From the NCBI GenBank assembly GCA_038893355.1, contig JAWARQ010000003.1, forward strand, positions 96,001 to 160,000: DNA of 64,000 nt. The letters run 5' to 3'. The notes under the pieces are model-generated. The model was not told the origin of the DNA. It made no database searches and worked only from the letters and a program-made list of their open reading frames with translations. Within the stretch, counting starts at the first letter, position 1, and each line of letters begins with the position of its first letter. Origin of the DNA: Sulfolobaceae archaeon (lineage in GTDB: Archaea; Thermoproteota; Thermoprotei_A; Sulfolobales; Sulfolobaceae). Positions 41,507 through 54,702 of the stretch are shown here, piece after piece. The position numbers and the translations under genes are program-made.

Positions 41507-42496
41507 ATGAATTTAGGGATAAAATTGCATAGGGATCTAAAAGCATTTTATTGGTTTTTTAAAACTCAAGTATTGAGAGACCCATTTAGCCCAGCATATG
41601 TAACATTTAAAGTGACATCTAGGTGTAATTTAAGATGCACGTTCTGTAGTCCTTTATATTATAATGGCGAATTAGGAGAAGCAAGCACAGAAAGAGTAAA
41701 GAAAATTATTGATAACATGAGAGACTCTACTGTAGTTGTGCTTTCATTTGAAGGAGGAGAACCCACATTAAGAAATGATATTATTGAACTATTAAAATAT
41801 GCACACGATGGCTCCTTTTACGTAATGTTAACTACAAATGGTTATAGATTAAAAGATGAAGATTTTCTGGTAAAAATTGCTGATCATGTTGATTTTTTAC
41901 ATTATTCTATAGATGAATATCATTGGAATTTAAAAGATTTAGATAATTTATGTAGATTTAGAAGATATGGAATAAAAGTTAATGTTCAAACTGTAGTAAC
42001 TAAATATAATATAAATAAACTTGAAGATAAAGTAAAAAAAGTGGCTGAATGTAGATATAAAATTGTAATATTACCAGCAATAGATTATCCAGAATCAAAG
42101 GTAAAACTAGCACCAGATTTAAATGAACTCTATAAAGTACTATCAGAATTAAAGAAAAAATACGGTTCAGTAATAAATAACTCTTGGGGATTCATAGAAG
42201 CATTAAAAGGAAAGCACCCAAAGAGGCTGGTAAGTTATGCATTAACTGTATACCCTAACGGAGATTTACCATATCCTGACGATATAAATGGTATAATAGT
42301 AGGCAATTTAGCAGAAGAAAAATTAAAAAATATTTTAAAATCTAAAAAAGTAAAGGAATTGCAACAAAAAATGCTAAGGGAACAGGCAAGATATGAGTAC
42401 TTACATCTTCAGACTGCCTCTTTTAATAGCCTCTCAGATCTAGCAAGTTATGTTTATGAGATGTTGAAGTGGAGATTCTTGGGTAGATCTTATTAG
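41507..42496 (+). CDS. Radical SAM protein
   Basis: CNLRCTFC, GGEPTL and TTNG motifs. Confidence 0.9.
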   Translation: MNLGIKLHRDLKAFYWFFKTQVLRDPFSPAYVTFKVTSRCNLRCTFCSPLYYNGELGEASTERVKKIIDNMRDSTVVVLSFEGGEPTLRNDIIELLKYAHDGSFYVMLTTNGYRLKDEDFLVKIADHVDFLHYSIDEYHWNLKDLDNLCRFRRYGIKVNVQTVVTKYNINKLEDKVKKVAECRYKIVILPAIDYPESKVKLAPDLNELYKVLSELKKKYGSVINNSWGFIEALKGKHPKRLVSYALTVYPNGDLPYPDDINGIIVGNLAEEKLKNILKSKKVKELQQKMLREQARYEYLHLQTASFNSLSDLASYVYEMLKWRFLGRSY

Positions 42497-42636
42497 CACA
42501 ACTTCCTTGTATCTTAATCTTCATAAATATCTATTTTATCAAATTTCCTAACAAAACCTCTTTTTTAATATTAACTCAAATATAATTAGGTCAAATTATT
42601 AAAAAGTCTTTAAACTAAACTCATGATAACGAGATT

Positions 42637-42794
42637 ATGAAAATAAGGTTTCACATCTAGTGATATCAGAATTCGTGAGGTTAAGGGAAAGTATTATATT
42701 TACTTTATAGAGAAGGATAAAGATAGTAAGAGAAGGGATAATTACGTAAGATTTTTAGACAAGGGTACTGGAATTCTACATTAATGGGAAAGTA

Positions 42795-42795
<1 letters not shown>
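42637..42795 (+). pseudogene. Frameshifted SSV-type integrase N-terminal fragment, Int(N) (ORF D-335-like)
   Basis: FTSSDIRIREVKGKYYIYFIEKDKDSKRRDNYVRFLDK, then a frameshift to VLEFYINGKVCGGRDSNPRRP, which reads into the antisense of the tRNA 3' half. Confidence 0.8.
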
Positions 42796-42879
<84 letters not shown>

Positions 42880-43066
42880 TCAATTTTAGATATAATGTTT
42901 ACTGTTTTATATCATTTATCCACATTATGCTTACCCTAATTTACGCACAGATCATAATTTAGATTTTATAAGAATAATAAATTTAAATAATATATAATAT
43001 TTTATAATTAATTTTAACTTATAGGATATACACAGGCTTTAATTTAGTCCTTACCTAGTTTAATAT

Positions 43067-43879
43067 ATGACATACTCGATTGTTGCATACGATAGAGATA
43101 CAGAGGCATGGGGAGTTGCAGTTGCAAGTAAATTTCTTGCTGTAGGTGCAATAGTACCTTGGGCACGTTCTAAAAGAGGTGCTATAGCTACGCAAGCTAG
43201 AGCTAACGTTAGATATGGTATAGAGGGTATCGAGTTACTAGCTACTAAAACTGCTAAAGAGGTTATAAATATCCTAACTTCTAATGATCCACTTAGAGAA
43301 GAGAGACAAGTAGGTATTGTAGATAGGTACGGAAATGCTGCTGCTTTTACTGGAAGGAAATGTATAGAATTTGCAGGTCATCTTTTAGGAGACGGGTTTT
43401 CAGTTCAAGGTAATATATTAGCTAGTGAGGAAGTGATTGAGAGAATGGCAAAAGAATTTGAAACTTCTAGAGGAAAATTTTATGAAAAGCTTATAAGAAG
43501 TTTAGAAGCAGGCGAGAATGCAGGAGGGGATAAGAGAGGTAAGCAAAGTGCTGCAATTTTAGTAGTTAAGGAAAATGCAGGATATGATGGTAATAATGAT
43601 ATTATGATGAATTTAAGGGTTGATGACTCAAAAGAACCTTTAAAAGAACTTAGAAGGTTAATTGAGATTTGGGAGGCTCTATTTTTGCCAGAGGAAATGA
43701 TAGATATTAAGGATTATGAGATATATATAAAAGAGGCTCTCAGAAAATTAAATTATGATTCATTAGAGAAATGGATAAATATTAATAATTTTGAAATGAA
43801 ATATGATGGTAAAAGGCTTGGAAAGAGTGTTTTAAAAATCTTACTAAAGGAAGCTAATATAGAAATAAATTTATTCTAA
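43067..43879 (+). CDS. DUF1028 family Ntn-hydrolase-like protein
   Basis: MTYSIVA, GAIATQA, QGNIL, GGDKRGKQSAA and LRVDD motifs. Confidence 0.92.
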   Translation: MTYSIVAYDRDTEAWGVAVASKFLAVGAIVPWARSKRGAIATQARANVRYGIEGIELLATKTAKEVINILTSNDPLREERQVGIVDRYGNAAAFTGRKCIEFAGHLLGDGFSVQGNILASEEVIERMAKEFETSRGKFYEKLIRSLEAGENAGGDKRGKQSAAILVVKENAGYDGNNDIMMNLRVDDSKEPLKELRRLIEIWEALFLPEEMIDIKDYEIYIKEALRKLNYDSLEKWININNFEMKYDGKRLGKSVLKILLKEANIEINLF

Positions 43880-44359
43880 ATTTGCTTTATTTACATATTT
43901 TCTAACTATGCTAACACTCTCTAGGAAATTTTGGATATTCTCTTTACATGAATTAAGCATGTCCCTTACTATCTTAAAATCCTCTTGAGCTAGATATTTT
44001 CTATACCTATACACTAAAAAACCAATGTCAAAAAGCATTGAAACAATAGCCTTAGTATTGGGATCAACTGGATAAACGTCCCTATATTGTTCTCTCATCT
44101 TATCTAACTCTTCCCTACCTAACTGTGTAATTTCATAAATCTTCTTCCCATCAACCTCTCTAACTTCTATCATGTTCCTCTTTATCATATTTTTCAAGAT
44201 AGGATATATAGATCCTGGACTTGGCTTATATAATCCATTAAATTTCTCATAAATGTATTTTATTATCTCATAAGCATACATTGGCTTTGTAGATAATGCT
44301 TCTAATACCATAAACTTTAATACTCCGCGCTTTAGTTTTCTTATGTTTAGCCTTGTCAT
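43871..44359 (-). CDS. PadR family transcriptional regulator
   Basis: YAYEI, PSPGSIYPIL and KKIYEITQLG motifs. Confidence 0.9.
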   Translation of the reverse strand: MTRLNIRKLKRGVLKFMVLEALSTKPMYAYEIIKYIYEKFNGLYKPSPGSIYPILKNMIKRNMIEVREVDGKKIYEITQLGREELDKMREQYRDVYPVDPNTKAIVSMLFDIGFLVYRYRKYLAQEDFKIVRDMLNSCKENIQNFLESVSIVRKYVNKANLE

Positions 44360-44441
44360 TTAGATACATATAACCCTAATTTATATATATATTTAACTGT
44401 AACAATAGTTCTTAATAATTTATTTATTAAGTAATTATTTA

Positions 44442-44753
44442 TTATTTTATTGAATTACAAACTTTTTTAGCTTTTTCAAAAAGTTCTGGGTACATTTGTT
44501 TAAGTCCTAGTTCTAAAGCCTCTTTAGCAGTCTTACTTATCTTAAAGCCGGGTACAGTGGAATATAAATATTGGAGGAGAACAAATGCGGGATAGCTCCA
44601 TACTCCTATTTTTGGCTGCTTTTTAAGAAATTCTTTCATCTTTTTCTCTATCTCATCTTCTGGTCCATTCATTATGTTTTTGCTAATATAATTAATTTCT
44701 TGTTGAATCTTTTTATTATTATTGTTATTAAATAAAAAATCCAATTCATTCAT
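44442..44753 (-). CDS. segB: Chromosome segregation DNA-binding protein SegB
   Basis: PKIGVWSYPAFVLLQYLYSTVPGFKISKTAKEALE matches Sulfolobus SegB as recalled; overlaps the segA stop. Confidence 0.9.
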   Translation of the reverse strand: MNELDFLFNNNNNKKIQQEINYISKNIMNGPEDEIEKKMKEFLKKQPKIGVWSYPAFVLLQYLYSTVPGFKISKTAKEALELGLKQMYPELFEKAKKVCNSIK

Positions 44754-45408
44754 TAGTAATCACCTTTAATAATTCTTCAAAAATATTTCTTAATTTATGA
44801 ACCCTCATCTTTACTTCCTCATATCTAAGTGCCGGAACTCCCAATTTAGATGCCTCAATAAATAATTTACTCGAAGGAATACAAATTGATAAAAATTGAA
44901 TATTCTGTAATTTAATCTCTATTGGCTTTCTCGACATATTAGTAAGACTTATTGCTTTTTTCTTTAGAGTATAGAGTCTATAATCTAGATTTTTTGAGGC
45001 CTCAATGACGAGTGGGTGCGGAGTTACTGGTGCTAATATTTTATCTGCCACAATCATTCCAGAAACAGATAATTTCCCAAAATTAGGTGGAGTGTCTATT
45101 ATTACTACCTCATATTCTTTAGAAACTTCTTGTAGGCTACGAGTTATATCTTCGATATTCCCTGAAACCTCTAATTTTATAAGGGAAATATTAGAAGGAA
45201 ATATATCAATTCCAAACAAATTTACAGAAAAACTTAAAAATGGTATTTCCCTAATATTCCTTCTCATTCCAAAAGATATTGTAGCACCACCTTCAGGGTC
45301 TAAATCAATTAATGCTGTCTTTTTAGTTTTTGAAGATAAATAAGCTAGATTAACTGCGACAGTAGTTTTCCCTACACCTCCTTTCTGATTAACTACGGTT
45401 AATATCAC
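44746..45408 (-). CDS. segA: ParA-family ATPase SegA
   Basis: Deviant Walker A KGGVGKTT, DLDPEG and IIDTPP motifs; GTG start. Confidence 0.9.
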   Translation of the reverse strand: MILTVVNQKGGVGKTTVAVNLAYLSSKTKKTALIDLDPEGGATISFGMRRNIREIPFLSFSVNLFGIDIFPSNISLIKLEVSGNIEDITRSLQEVSKEYEVVIIDTPPNFGKLSVSGMIVADKILAPVTPHPLVIEASKNLDYRLYTLKKKAISLTNMSRKPIEIKLQNIQFLSICIPSSKLFIEASKLGVPALRYEEVKMRVHKLRNIFEELLKVITNE

Positions 45409-45430
45409 AATCTTGACTCTTCACTCTAGA
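45409..45430 (-). promoter_or_regulatory. Putative SegB binding (centromere-like S1) site
   Basis: Minus strand TCTAGAGTGAAGAGTCAAGATT immediately before the segA GTG; resembles the GAAGAGTCTAGA site recalled upstream of S. solfataricus segA. Confidence 0.6.
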
Positions 45431-45484
45431 GTTTTATAAAAAATGTGGCGTAATATTACTCTAGTTAAAATAAAAAATATTAAA

Positions 45485-48275
<2,791 letters not shown>

Positions 48276-48445
48276 CAAAATATAAACTAACAAAACGCCT
48301 ATTAAAATAAAACTCTTTACTTCTATATAATCTTACTAGGTTCACTTATACTATATATACTCAATTATTTTCTAAATTATAGACATATCTTACTTATACA
48401 ATTTTAAGTCGACGTTTTTAATCCCGATACTTTAAAAATTCGAAT

Positions 48446-49177
48446 ATGAAGGATTTAATTACCGTTAGAAATTTATGGAAGATTTATAAAGGGGGCATAA
48501 TTGCATTAAAAGACGTTTCTTTTAGTATTGAAGAAGGAGATTTCTTTGCATTACTAGGTCCTAATGGTGCAGGGAAGACGACATTAATTAAAATACTTAG
48601 CTGTGTAATTAAACCAAGTAAAGGAGAAATAATAATAAAAGATTATTCTGTACCAGAAGAGTGTAAAAAAGTAAGGAAAATTATTGGCGTCGTACCACAA
48701 GATTTTCATGCTTTTGGCTCTTTAACAGTAAGAGATATTATCGAATATTTCGGTAAATTATATGGCTCAGCAGAGAATGTAGACTCAATCATTGATTATT
48801 TCGGACTCAGAGATTACGAGAAAGTAAAGTATGATAAACTTTCTGGCGGACTTAAAAGAAGAGTTGGAATAGTATGTGGAATAATAAACAATCCAGAAAT
48901 TCTCTTCCTAGATGAGCCAACTATAGGTCTCGATGTTAGATCTCGAAGAGATCTATGGAAGCTAATAAAAGATCTTAATATTAAGAATAAGACCACAATT
49001 CTTCTCACAACCCACTATATGGAAGAGGCTGAAGCGCTAGCTAAAACTATTGGAGTAATTTATAAAGGTAGTTTAATTAGGATAACAACCCCAGAGACGT
49101 TAAAGGAGGAATTCAAAAGTAAAACTCTTGAGGACGCCTATCTAGAACTAATTAGAGAGATTGAAGAGGAGAAATGA
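48446..49177 (+). CDS. ABC exporter ATP-binding subunit
   Basis: GPNGAGKT, LSGG, LDEPT and TTHY motifs. Confidence 0.95.
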   Translation: MKDLITVRNLWKIYKGGIIALKDVSFSIEEGDFFALLGPNGAGKTTLIKILSCVIKPSKGEIIIKDYSVPEECKKVRKIIGVVPQDFHAFGSLTVRDIIEYFGKLYGSAENVDSIIDYFGLRDYEKVKYDKLSGGLKRRVGIVCGIINNPEILFLDEPTIGLDVRSRRDLWKLIKDLNIKNKTTILLTTHYMEEAEALAKTIGVIYKGSLIRITTPETLKEEFKSKTLEDAYLELIREIEEEK

Positions 49178-50167
49178 ATGATGAGAATCCTCCAGACTAC
49201 TAAAGTTATAATAAAGGACAACCTAAGCTCACCGTTTGTGGTGTTTTGGGTAATTTTATTTCCAGCCGTATTATTAGGAATATTTTATGCAGTTTTTGGA
49301 GGAATTTCTACGCTATATAAAGTCAATGTATACGTAATAGGAAATCATAATTTTGCAGAGTTCCTTAATACTACCGAACTATTTAATGGAATAGATGGGG
49401 GAAATTTAGGTTACGTGGAAAGGGGTAATGGTATTTTAGTTAATTTCAATAACTTTTCAATATACTATAGTCCTCAATACGCTAACTTCTTACCTTCCCT
49501 AGAAGCGCTACTTATCGAATACCTCCATCACGAAAACCTTAGTAATTTCAGTATACTCAGTATAGGTAACTATAATTATATTTCATATCTAACTACTGGT
49601 GTAATTGGAATATTAATTTTCTCCAACGGAATACTTGGAGTTACTGGTGTAGTTTCCAATTATTATAGAGAGAAAATTGTAGAAAGATTAGCATCTACCC
49701 CTCTCGAGAATTATGAGTGGAGTATATCAGTAATACTTTATGAGGTATGTATTACATTCCTATCCGCATTAGTAGTTTTTATTTTAGGATTTATTTTAGG
49801 ATTTAAACCAATATTTAGGCCAATATTTCTATTGCTATTACTATTAGGCTCTATAATATCTTCTGCCTTAGGTGCGATAATTTATGGTATTTCACCAAAA
49901 GAAAAACCTTATATATCACAAACAATAGCTACAACTATCATATTTCCGTTAATGTTATTAAGTAACTCGTTCTTACCTTCATTTTCATATCCGAGTATAC
50001 TTAGAATATTTGTAGAATACCAACCAATATCTCTCTTAAATTATTTATTAAGGGAAATTCTCATATTTGGATATAATATTGATTATTTCGACCTGACAAT
50101 ATTAGGCTTATTTGCAATAGTAAGTATTATTATTTCTACATTTACATTAAGACTTAGAGAAACGTGA
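49178..50167 (+). CDS. ABC-2 type permease
   Basis: FWVILFP and RLASTP motifs, 6-TM pattern; adjacent to the ATPase. Confidence 0.88.
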   Translation: MMRILQTTKVIIKDNLSSPFVVFWVILFPAVLLGIFYAVFGGISTLYKVNVYVIGNHNFAEFLNTTELFNGIDGGNLGYVERGNGILVNFNNFSIYYSPQYANFLPSLEALLIEYLHHENLSNFSILSIGNYNYISYLTTGVIGILIFSNGILGVTGVVSNYYREKIVERLASTPLENYEWSISVILYEVCITFLSALVVFILGFILGFKPIFRPIFLLLLLLGSIISSALGAIIYGISPKEKPYISQTIATTIIFPLMLLSNSFLPSFSYPSILRIFVEYQPISLLNYLLREILIFGYNIDYFDLTILGLFAIVSIIISTFTLRLRET

Positions 50168-50911
50168 ATACCAGGGTGGATGGGATTTAGTTATTGAAGA
50201 TACGATCCCATCACTAGCTTCTTTAGAATGTAAAATAAGTGAAAGCTGCTCAAATGCTTCATCGATTCCTTTTATGATTTCGGAAACTATTATCCTCCTC
50301 ATTACAGAAAGTGCTAATGGTGATGAATAATTTAAGGAATTGATTAGCTCCTCTAAAGTCTTATCTAAATCGTCACTTAACCTAGAGACTAGACCAATCT
50401 TTAAGGCTTCTTCTGCAGTAAGTTCCTCACAAGTAAATGCTAACCTAAATACGTTTCTATATCCTAATATTTTAGTACCTAGTGTTATTGTTAATGGTGG
50501 AATTAATCCTAACTTTGCAGCGGGAATTGAGAATTTAGACTCCTTATGAGCTATTACATAGTCCATAAGTAAAAGCAACTCTAAAAACGCACCTACTACA
50601 AGACCTCTAACTACTGCAATAGTAATTTTTGGTGAATTGGCAAATTTATAATATAACTCCTTTAATAAATTTACTAAAGTTACAGCATACTCTTTATCCT
50701 GAGTTGCCCTCAATAACTCACCATAGTCTATTCCTGCACCAAAGTCATTTGACTCACTCTGAATAACTAAATACTTTGAATCGTCTTTATAGATATTATC
50801 TAATTTATCTATTAGTTCAATAATACTATTTTTATCTAATACATTATACTTTTGTGTTGGTATGAAGGAAAGTATAGTCAATGGAGGATTTTTCTTAACC
50901 GATATTCTCAC
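50147..50911 (-). CDS. Enoyl-CoA hydratase/isomerase family protein
   Basis: FGAGID, GAFLEL, PAAKLGLIP and AEEALKIGLV motifs. Confidence 0.85.
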   Translation of the reverse strand: MRISVKKNPPLTILSFIPTQKYNVLDKNSIIELIDKLDNIYKDDSKYLVIQSESNDFGAGIDYGELLRATQDKEYAVTLVNLLKELYYKFANSPKITIAVVRGLVVGAFLELLLLMDYVIAHKESKFSIPAAKLGLIPPLTITLGTKILGYRNVFRLAFTCEELTAEEALKIGLVSRLSDDLDKTLEELINSLNYSSPLALSVMRRIIVSEIIKGIDEAFEQLSLILHSKEASDGIVSSITKSHPPWYSRFSKS

Positions 50912-51037
50912 ATTATTTTAATCTAAATAAAGAAATAATAAGTCTTTTACTAAATAATTGTTGAAAAGACTTTGACTCCTTACTACCTTAGAGAAGCAAG
51001 ACTTTTTCGCTCCTTATCTAATTTTGTTTAAAAAAAA

Positions 51038-51280
51038 TTAAACTGCTTTAATTAACTTATTTATTTCTTCTAATACCTCCTCTGAAGTTGGAAATCTCCC
51101 TAACTGATACCTAGAGAATTTGAGAGTCCCATTAATATATACATCAAATATACCTCTAGTCCCTTGTTCTAAAGTTACTCTAGCCTCTTCATATTTAGCT
51201 AAAATATCCCTTGCTAAATCTAGTGCTCTACCTAAGAAGTTACATGGCCTACAATACACTATTTTAATATCAATTGGCAT
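51038..51280 (-). CDS. SelT/SelW/SelH (Rdx) family protein
   Basis: YCRPC, GIFDV and GRFP motifs. Confidence 0.88.
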   Translation of the reverse strand: MPIDIKIVYCRPCNFLGRALDLARDILAKYEEARVTLEQGTRGIFDVYINGTLKFSRYQLGRFPTSEEVLEEINKLIKAV

Positions 51281-51352
51281 ATCAATTAACTTTACTGATA
51301 GTTAATAAGTTTTTGTAATGATTTTTATAAACCTAAGGAATAGAAGGATAAT

Positions 51353-52513
51353 ATGGAAGACTTAATAAAACTAATTTCCGAATTAGTCAAAATACCTACA
51401 GTTAACCCATCAGGAGAAAATCTCTATGAAGGGGCAACTTTTATTAGAGATTGGCTTAAAGAAAGAGGGATAAATGCTTTAGTCATAGAGTATAGTAAGG
51501 GATGGCCTGTTGTAATTGCAGAGAAGAAGGTAAGTGAAAAATTAGTTCTCCTAAATGGTCATTATGATGTAGTACCGATAGGTGATAAAAATAAATGGAA
51601 CTTTGATCCTTTCTCGGGAAAAATAACTCAAGACAGAATTCTTGGTAGGGGTTCTACAGATATGAAAGGTGGGTTAGGGATTTTAATGAAAGTTTTTGAA
51701 GAATTGTATGATAAAATCAATTATTCAATTATATTTACTGCAGTTCCAGACGAAGAGATAGGTGGTAAGAATGGTTCGTATTTCATCGCACAAAACTATA
51801 ATCCAGAGCTTGTACTAGTTGCAGAACCAAGTACATCAAGGGCAATAAATATTGGCGAGAAAGGGTTATTTCAGATTAAATTAATAACAAAAGGTAAAAC
51901 TGCACACGGAAGTCTACCATCACTAGGAGATAATGCAATAATGAAAATAGTTAAAGACCTTATCTCACTTTCGAGAATTTCTGATATAGAAATAAAAATT
52001 CCTGAGGAACTTTCAGAGTTAGTTAAAGAAACTTTAGAAATTATACCACACTCAGAAGTATTCAGAATTTCATACAACCCTGGAGTAATTAGAGGTGGAG
52101 TAAAAGTTAATGTAGTACCGGATTACTGCGAGGTGGAAGTAGATATGAGAATTCCACCGGGCATTAATAGGGATAAGGCCCTAGAATATGTCAAGTCCTT
52201 AATTACATATAGTGAAATTGAATTTATAGACCATTCAGAACCTAATTATACTGACCCTAACAATAAATATGTAAAATTATTAGAAAATGTTATAACTAAA
52301 ACTTTAGAATATAAACCAAAAAAATATATAATGACAGGTGCTACGGACAGTAGATTCTTTAGATATAAAAAGATTCCAGCAATAGTATACGGACCAGGAG
52401 AGTTAGGCACAGCACACTCTTATAATGAATATGTAACAATAGAAGAGGTTAAAAAAGTTTATAATGTATATAAAAATTATTTAATTGAACTTAATCAGAT
52501 ACTACTTCCCTAA
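51353..52513 (+). CDS. M20 family metallohydrolase (ArgE/DapE-like)
   Basis: NGHYDVVP, GRGSTDMKGG, DEEIGG, AEP and AHSYNE motifs. Confidence 0.93.
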   Translation: MEDLIKLISELVKIPTVNPSGENLYEGATFIRDWLKERGINALVIEYSKGWPVVIAEKKVSEKLVLLNGHYDVVPIGDKNKWNFDPFSGKITQDRILGRGSTDMKGGLGILMKVFEELYDKINYSIIFTAVPDEEIGGKNGSYFIAQNYNPELVLVAEPSTSRAINIGEKGLFQIKLITKGKTAHGSLPSLGDNAIMKIVKDLISLSRISDIEIKIPEELSELVKETLEIIPHSEVFRISYNPGVIRGGVKVNVVPDYCEVEVDMRIPPGINRDKALEYVKSLITYSEIEFIDHSEPNYTDPNNKYVKLLENVITKTLEYKPKKYIMTGATDSRFFRYKKIPAIVYGPGELGTAHSYNEYVTIEEVKKVYNVYKNYLIELNQILLP

Positions 52514-52865
52514 CCTTTACAATAAAATCATTAATTATTTTCAATGCATAATTTATGTACTCCTCATCGACATAACCTTTTATATAAAAATCATAGTGAA
52601 GCTTAAATGCGACATCCCACGCAAAATCAACCCATTCTCCTAAAATTTTTGACAACTTACGAACTGCCTCACTAATTGTCTTATATTCTATGTTTAGATA
52701 ATTAGATAATGCCTTAATACCTTCAATAGTAGTCATATATCCGAATTCTGCTTTTAGCAAAATATCATCAGTAAAATTAGCATTATTTAAATAATAATTT
52801 GAAATATCTACTATTACTTCAGAAAATGTTTTACTTGTTTCTACTATCACAAATATCTTCTTCAA
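52491..52865 (-). CDS. PaREP1-family protein (divergent)
   Basis: IKALS...AVRKLSKILGEWVDFAWDVAFKLHYDFY pattern; TTG start. Confidence 0.6.
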   Translation of the reverse strand: MKKIFVIVETSKTFSEVIVDISNYYLNNANFTDDILLKAEFGYMTTIEGIKALSNYLNIEYKTISEAVRKLSKILGEWVDFAWDVAFKLHYDFYIKGYVDEEYINYALKIINDFIVKVREVVSD

Positions 52866-52898
52866 GATAAGTTTAAAAAGATCTAAGGGTTAGTAAGA

Positions 52899-53486
52899 TT
52901 GCTAATGATAAAAAGACTGGCCCTAATGATTTTATCCTCTGCATTGCTAGCTTATTCGGCATTCTTAGCTGAAGAGTTAATACTCCGTTCTTTAGAACTA
53001 CTTTCACTTATATTAGTAATACCATTATCACTAAGCCTACAGGTTTTTTTCTCTACATTAAGAATAAATAAGGTTCATGCTTCAGTTGGAGTGGCATTTG
53101 CCATGATTTTTTTAGAATTAATTTTGTTTTCATATTTTTCATTATTAAGTAAAATTATATTATTAATTGGAATATTATTGGAGATTCAAATAGCAATATG
53201 GCCGAAAAAGATATTATATCAGAGTCTTCCAATCTACTTTATCACATTAATTTATGCAATAAACCAACTGTGGGGTGATCCGAGAATATTCTTATTTTGC
53301 ATACTATTAGCAATATCATTATTATTGAATTCTGAGAGCAAGGTTACTAGTCTATTTTTATTCATTCAAATACTAATAATTTCTTTTACAATATTTAGTT
53401 ATAATATATTAATATTAATAATAGGTACAATCATTACCCTATCAATTTCACTTACCTATAGATTTCTTAAGGTGAGAAATAAATGA
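52899..53486 (+). CDS. Hypothetical multi-TM membrane protein
   Basis: Almost entirely hydrophobic; first gene of a tightly coupled + strand run. Confidence 0.65.
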   Translation: MLMIKRLALMILSSALLAYSAFLAEELILRSLELLSLILVIPLSLSLQVFFSTLRINKVHASVGVAFAMIFLELILFSYFSLLSKIILLIGILLEIQIAIWPKKILYQSLPIYFITLIYAINQLWGDPRIFLFCILLAISLLLNSESKVTSLFLFIQILIISFTIFSYNILILIIGTIITLSISLTYRFLKVRNK

Positions 53487-54697
53487 GATCTTTAATTGTT
53501 CTAATACTGGTATTACTATTTTGTATATTTGTATTTAATAATAATATAATTAATTCAGAAATAACAGGATTCTATTTTTCGCCTATTACTAATTCAACAA
53601 ATCTATATTTATTAAAAATATATAACGACTCAGGAATATATAATTATATACTGAAAGTTGATGGAGAGATAAAAGAAGAAGCATTTCTTAGCATTATTAC
53701 TGGATTGACTCAGATTGAAATAATAACAAATGCAAGTAATGTGCTAGGCATTACTCTACGGTATGAAAATTACTCTTACTTATTATGGGCCGGCTTTCTC
53801 AGAAATGGCGGAAAAATTAATATAAGTGCACCAATATTACCTAACTCCACATTAGGAATTACCTTGCTCGTAGGTGATACGGTTTCAAAATTTTATTTTC
53901 ATAATATATTCCCATATTCCTACTATAACAATACGCTGATTTTAAATACATATAAATATGAAATATTAAATGTAAGTAAATTAGAAATAAAGTATATATT
54001 AAATTTTAAAAACATAAATACGACTTTCTTCGTAAAACCTATTATATTACAAAAATTGGGATACTTATTACAGTATAATAAGAACTATACTATATTAAGA
54101 GCTTATGGTATAAATTCTACTTTAATTTATAATTTTAGCTATTACGAGATTAATGGAGTTGCATATTATAATTTGAGTTTATTTAATGGAAAGTTTTCAG
54201 AAGTTAAAAAAATTATAAATATTAATAATAGAACAATTATTCTAACAGATCTCGGATTTATTTATATCCCAGATCAAGAAATAGTTCAATATCACGGAAA
54301 TTTAATCTTGATGGAAGATCAGACCCCAAAATATTATATATTTAGAGAAGATGGTGAAGTTTATGAAATTCTTAATCTAACTAACCCAGAATATCAAACT
54401 TTTCTCGTTAGAGGTATATTAATAACTGTATTTAAATATTTTACTAGTTATCCCTCAGTTCTCATAGTTCCAAAATCCCTATTTTTAAATATATCACCAT
54501 CTTCTTTAATATTTTTCAAAAATAATAGCATAATAATATTTCTAGAACCTAATGTTACATATTATCTTTATCTTAAAAAATTACCATACGTTAGTTTTTC
54601 AGACATGGATATTATTATTACAATAACATCAATATTTACACTTATAGCAATATTGTTTATAACGAAAAACAAATTAAATCCAAACGAGAAGAAGTAA
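53483..54697 (+). CDS. Secreted, C-terminally anchored surface glycoprotein (hypothetical)
   Basis: N-terminal signal, many N-x-S/T sequons, C-terminal TM plus basic tail. Confidence 0.7.
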   Translation: MRSLIVLILVLLFCIFVFNNNIINSEITGFYFSPITNSTNLYLLKIYNDSGIYNYILKVDGEIKEEAFLSIITGLTQIEIITNASNVLGITLRYENYSYLLWAGFLRNGGKINISAPILPNSTLGITLLVGDTVSKFYFHNIFPYSYYNNTLILNTYKYEILNVSKLEIKYILNFKNINTTFFVKPIILQKLGYLLQYNKNYTILRAYGINSTLIYNFSYYEINGVAYYNLSLFNGKFSEVKKIININNRTIILTDLGFIYIPDQEIVQYHGNLILMEDQTPKYYIFREDGEVYEILNLTNPEYQTFLVRGILITVFKYFTSYPSVLIVPKSLFLNISPSSLIFFKNNSIIIFLEPNVTYYLYLKKLPYVSFSDMDIIITITSIFTLIAILFITKNKLNPNEKK

Positions 54698-54702
54698 AAA
54701 TA

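Noticed and set aside
51038-51280. Selenoprotein (SelW-like)
   Set aside because: The motif is CxxC with ordinary Cys codons; there is no in-frame TGA.
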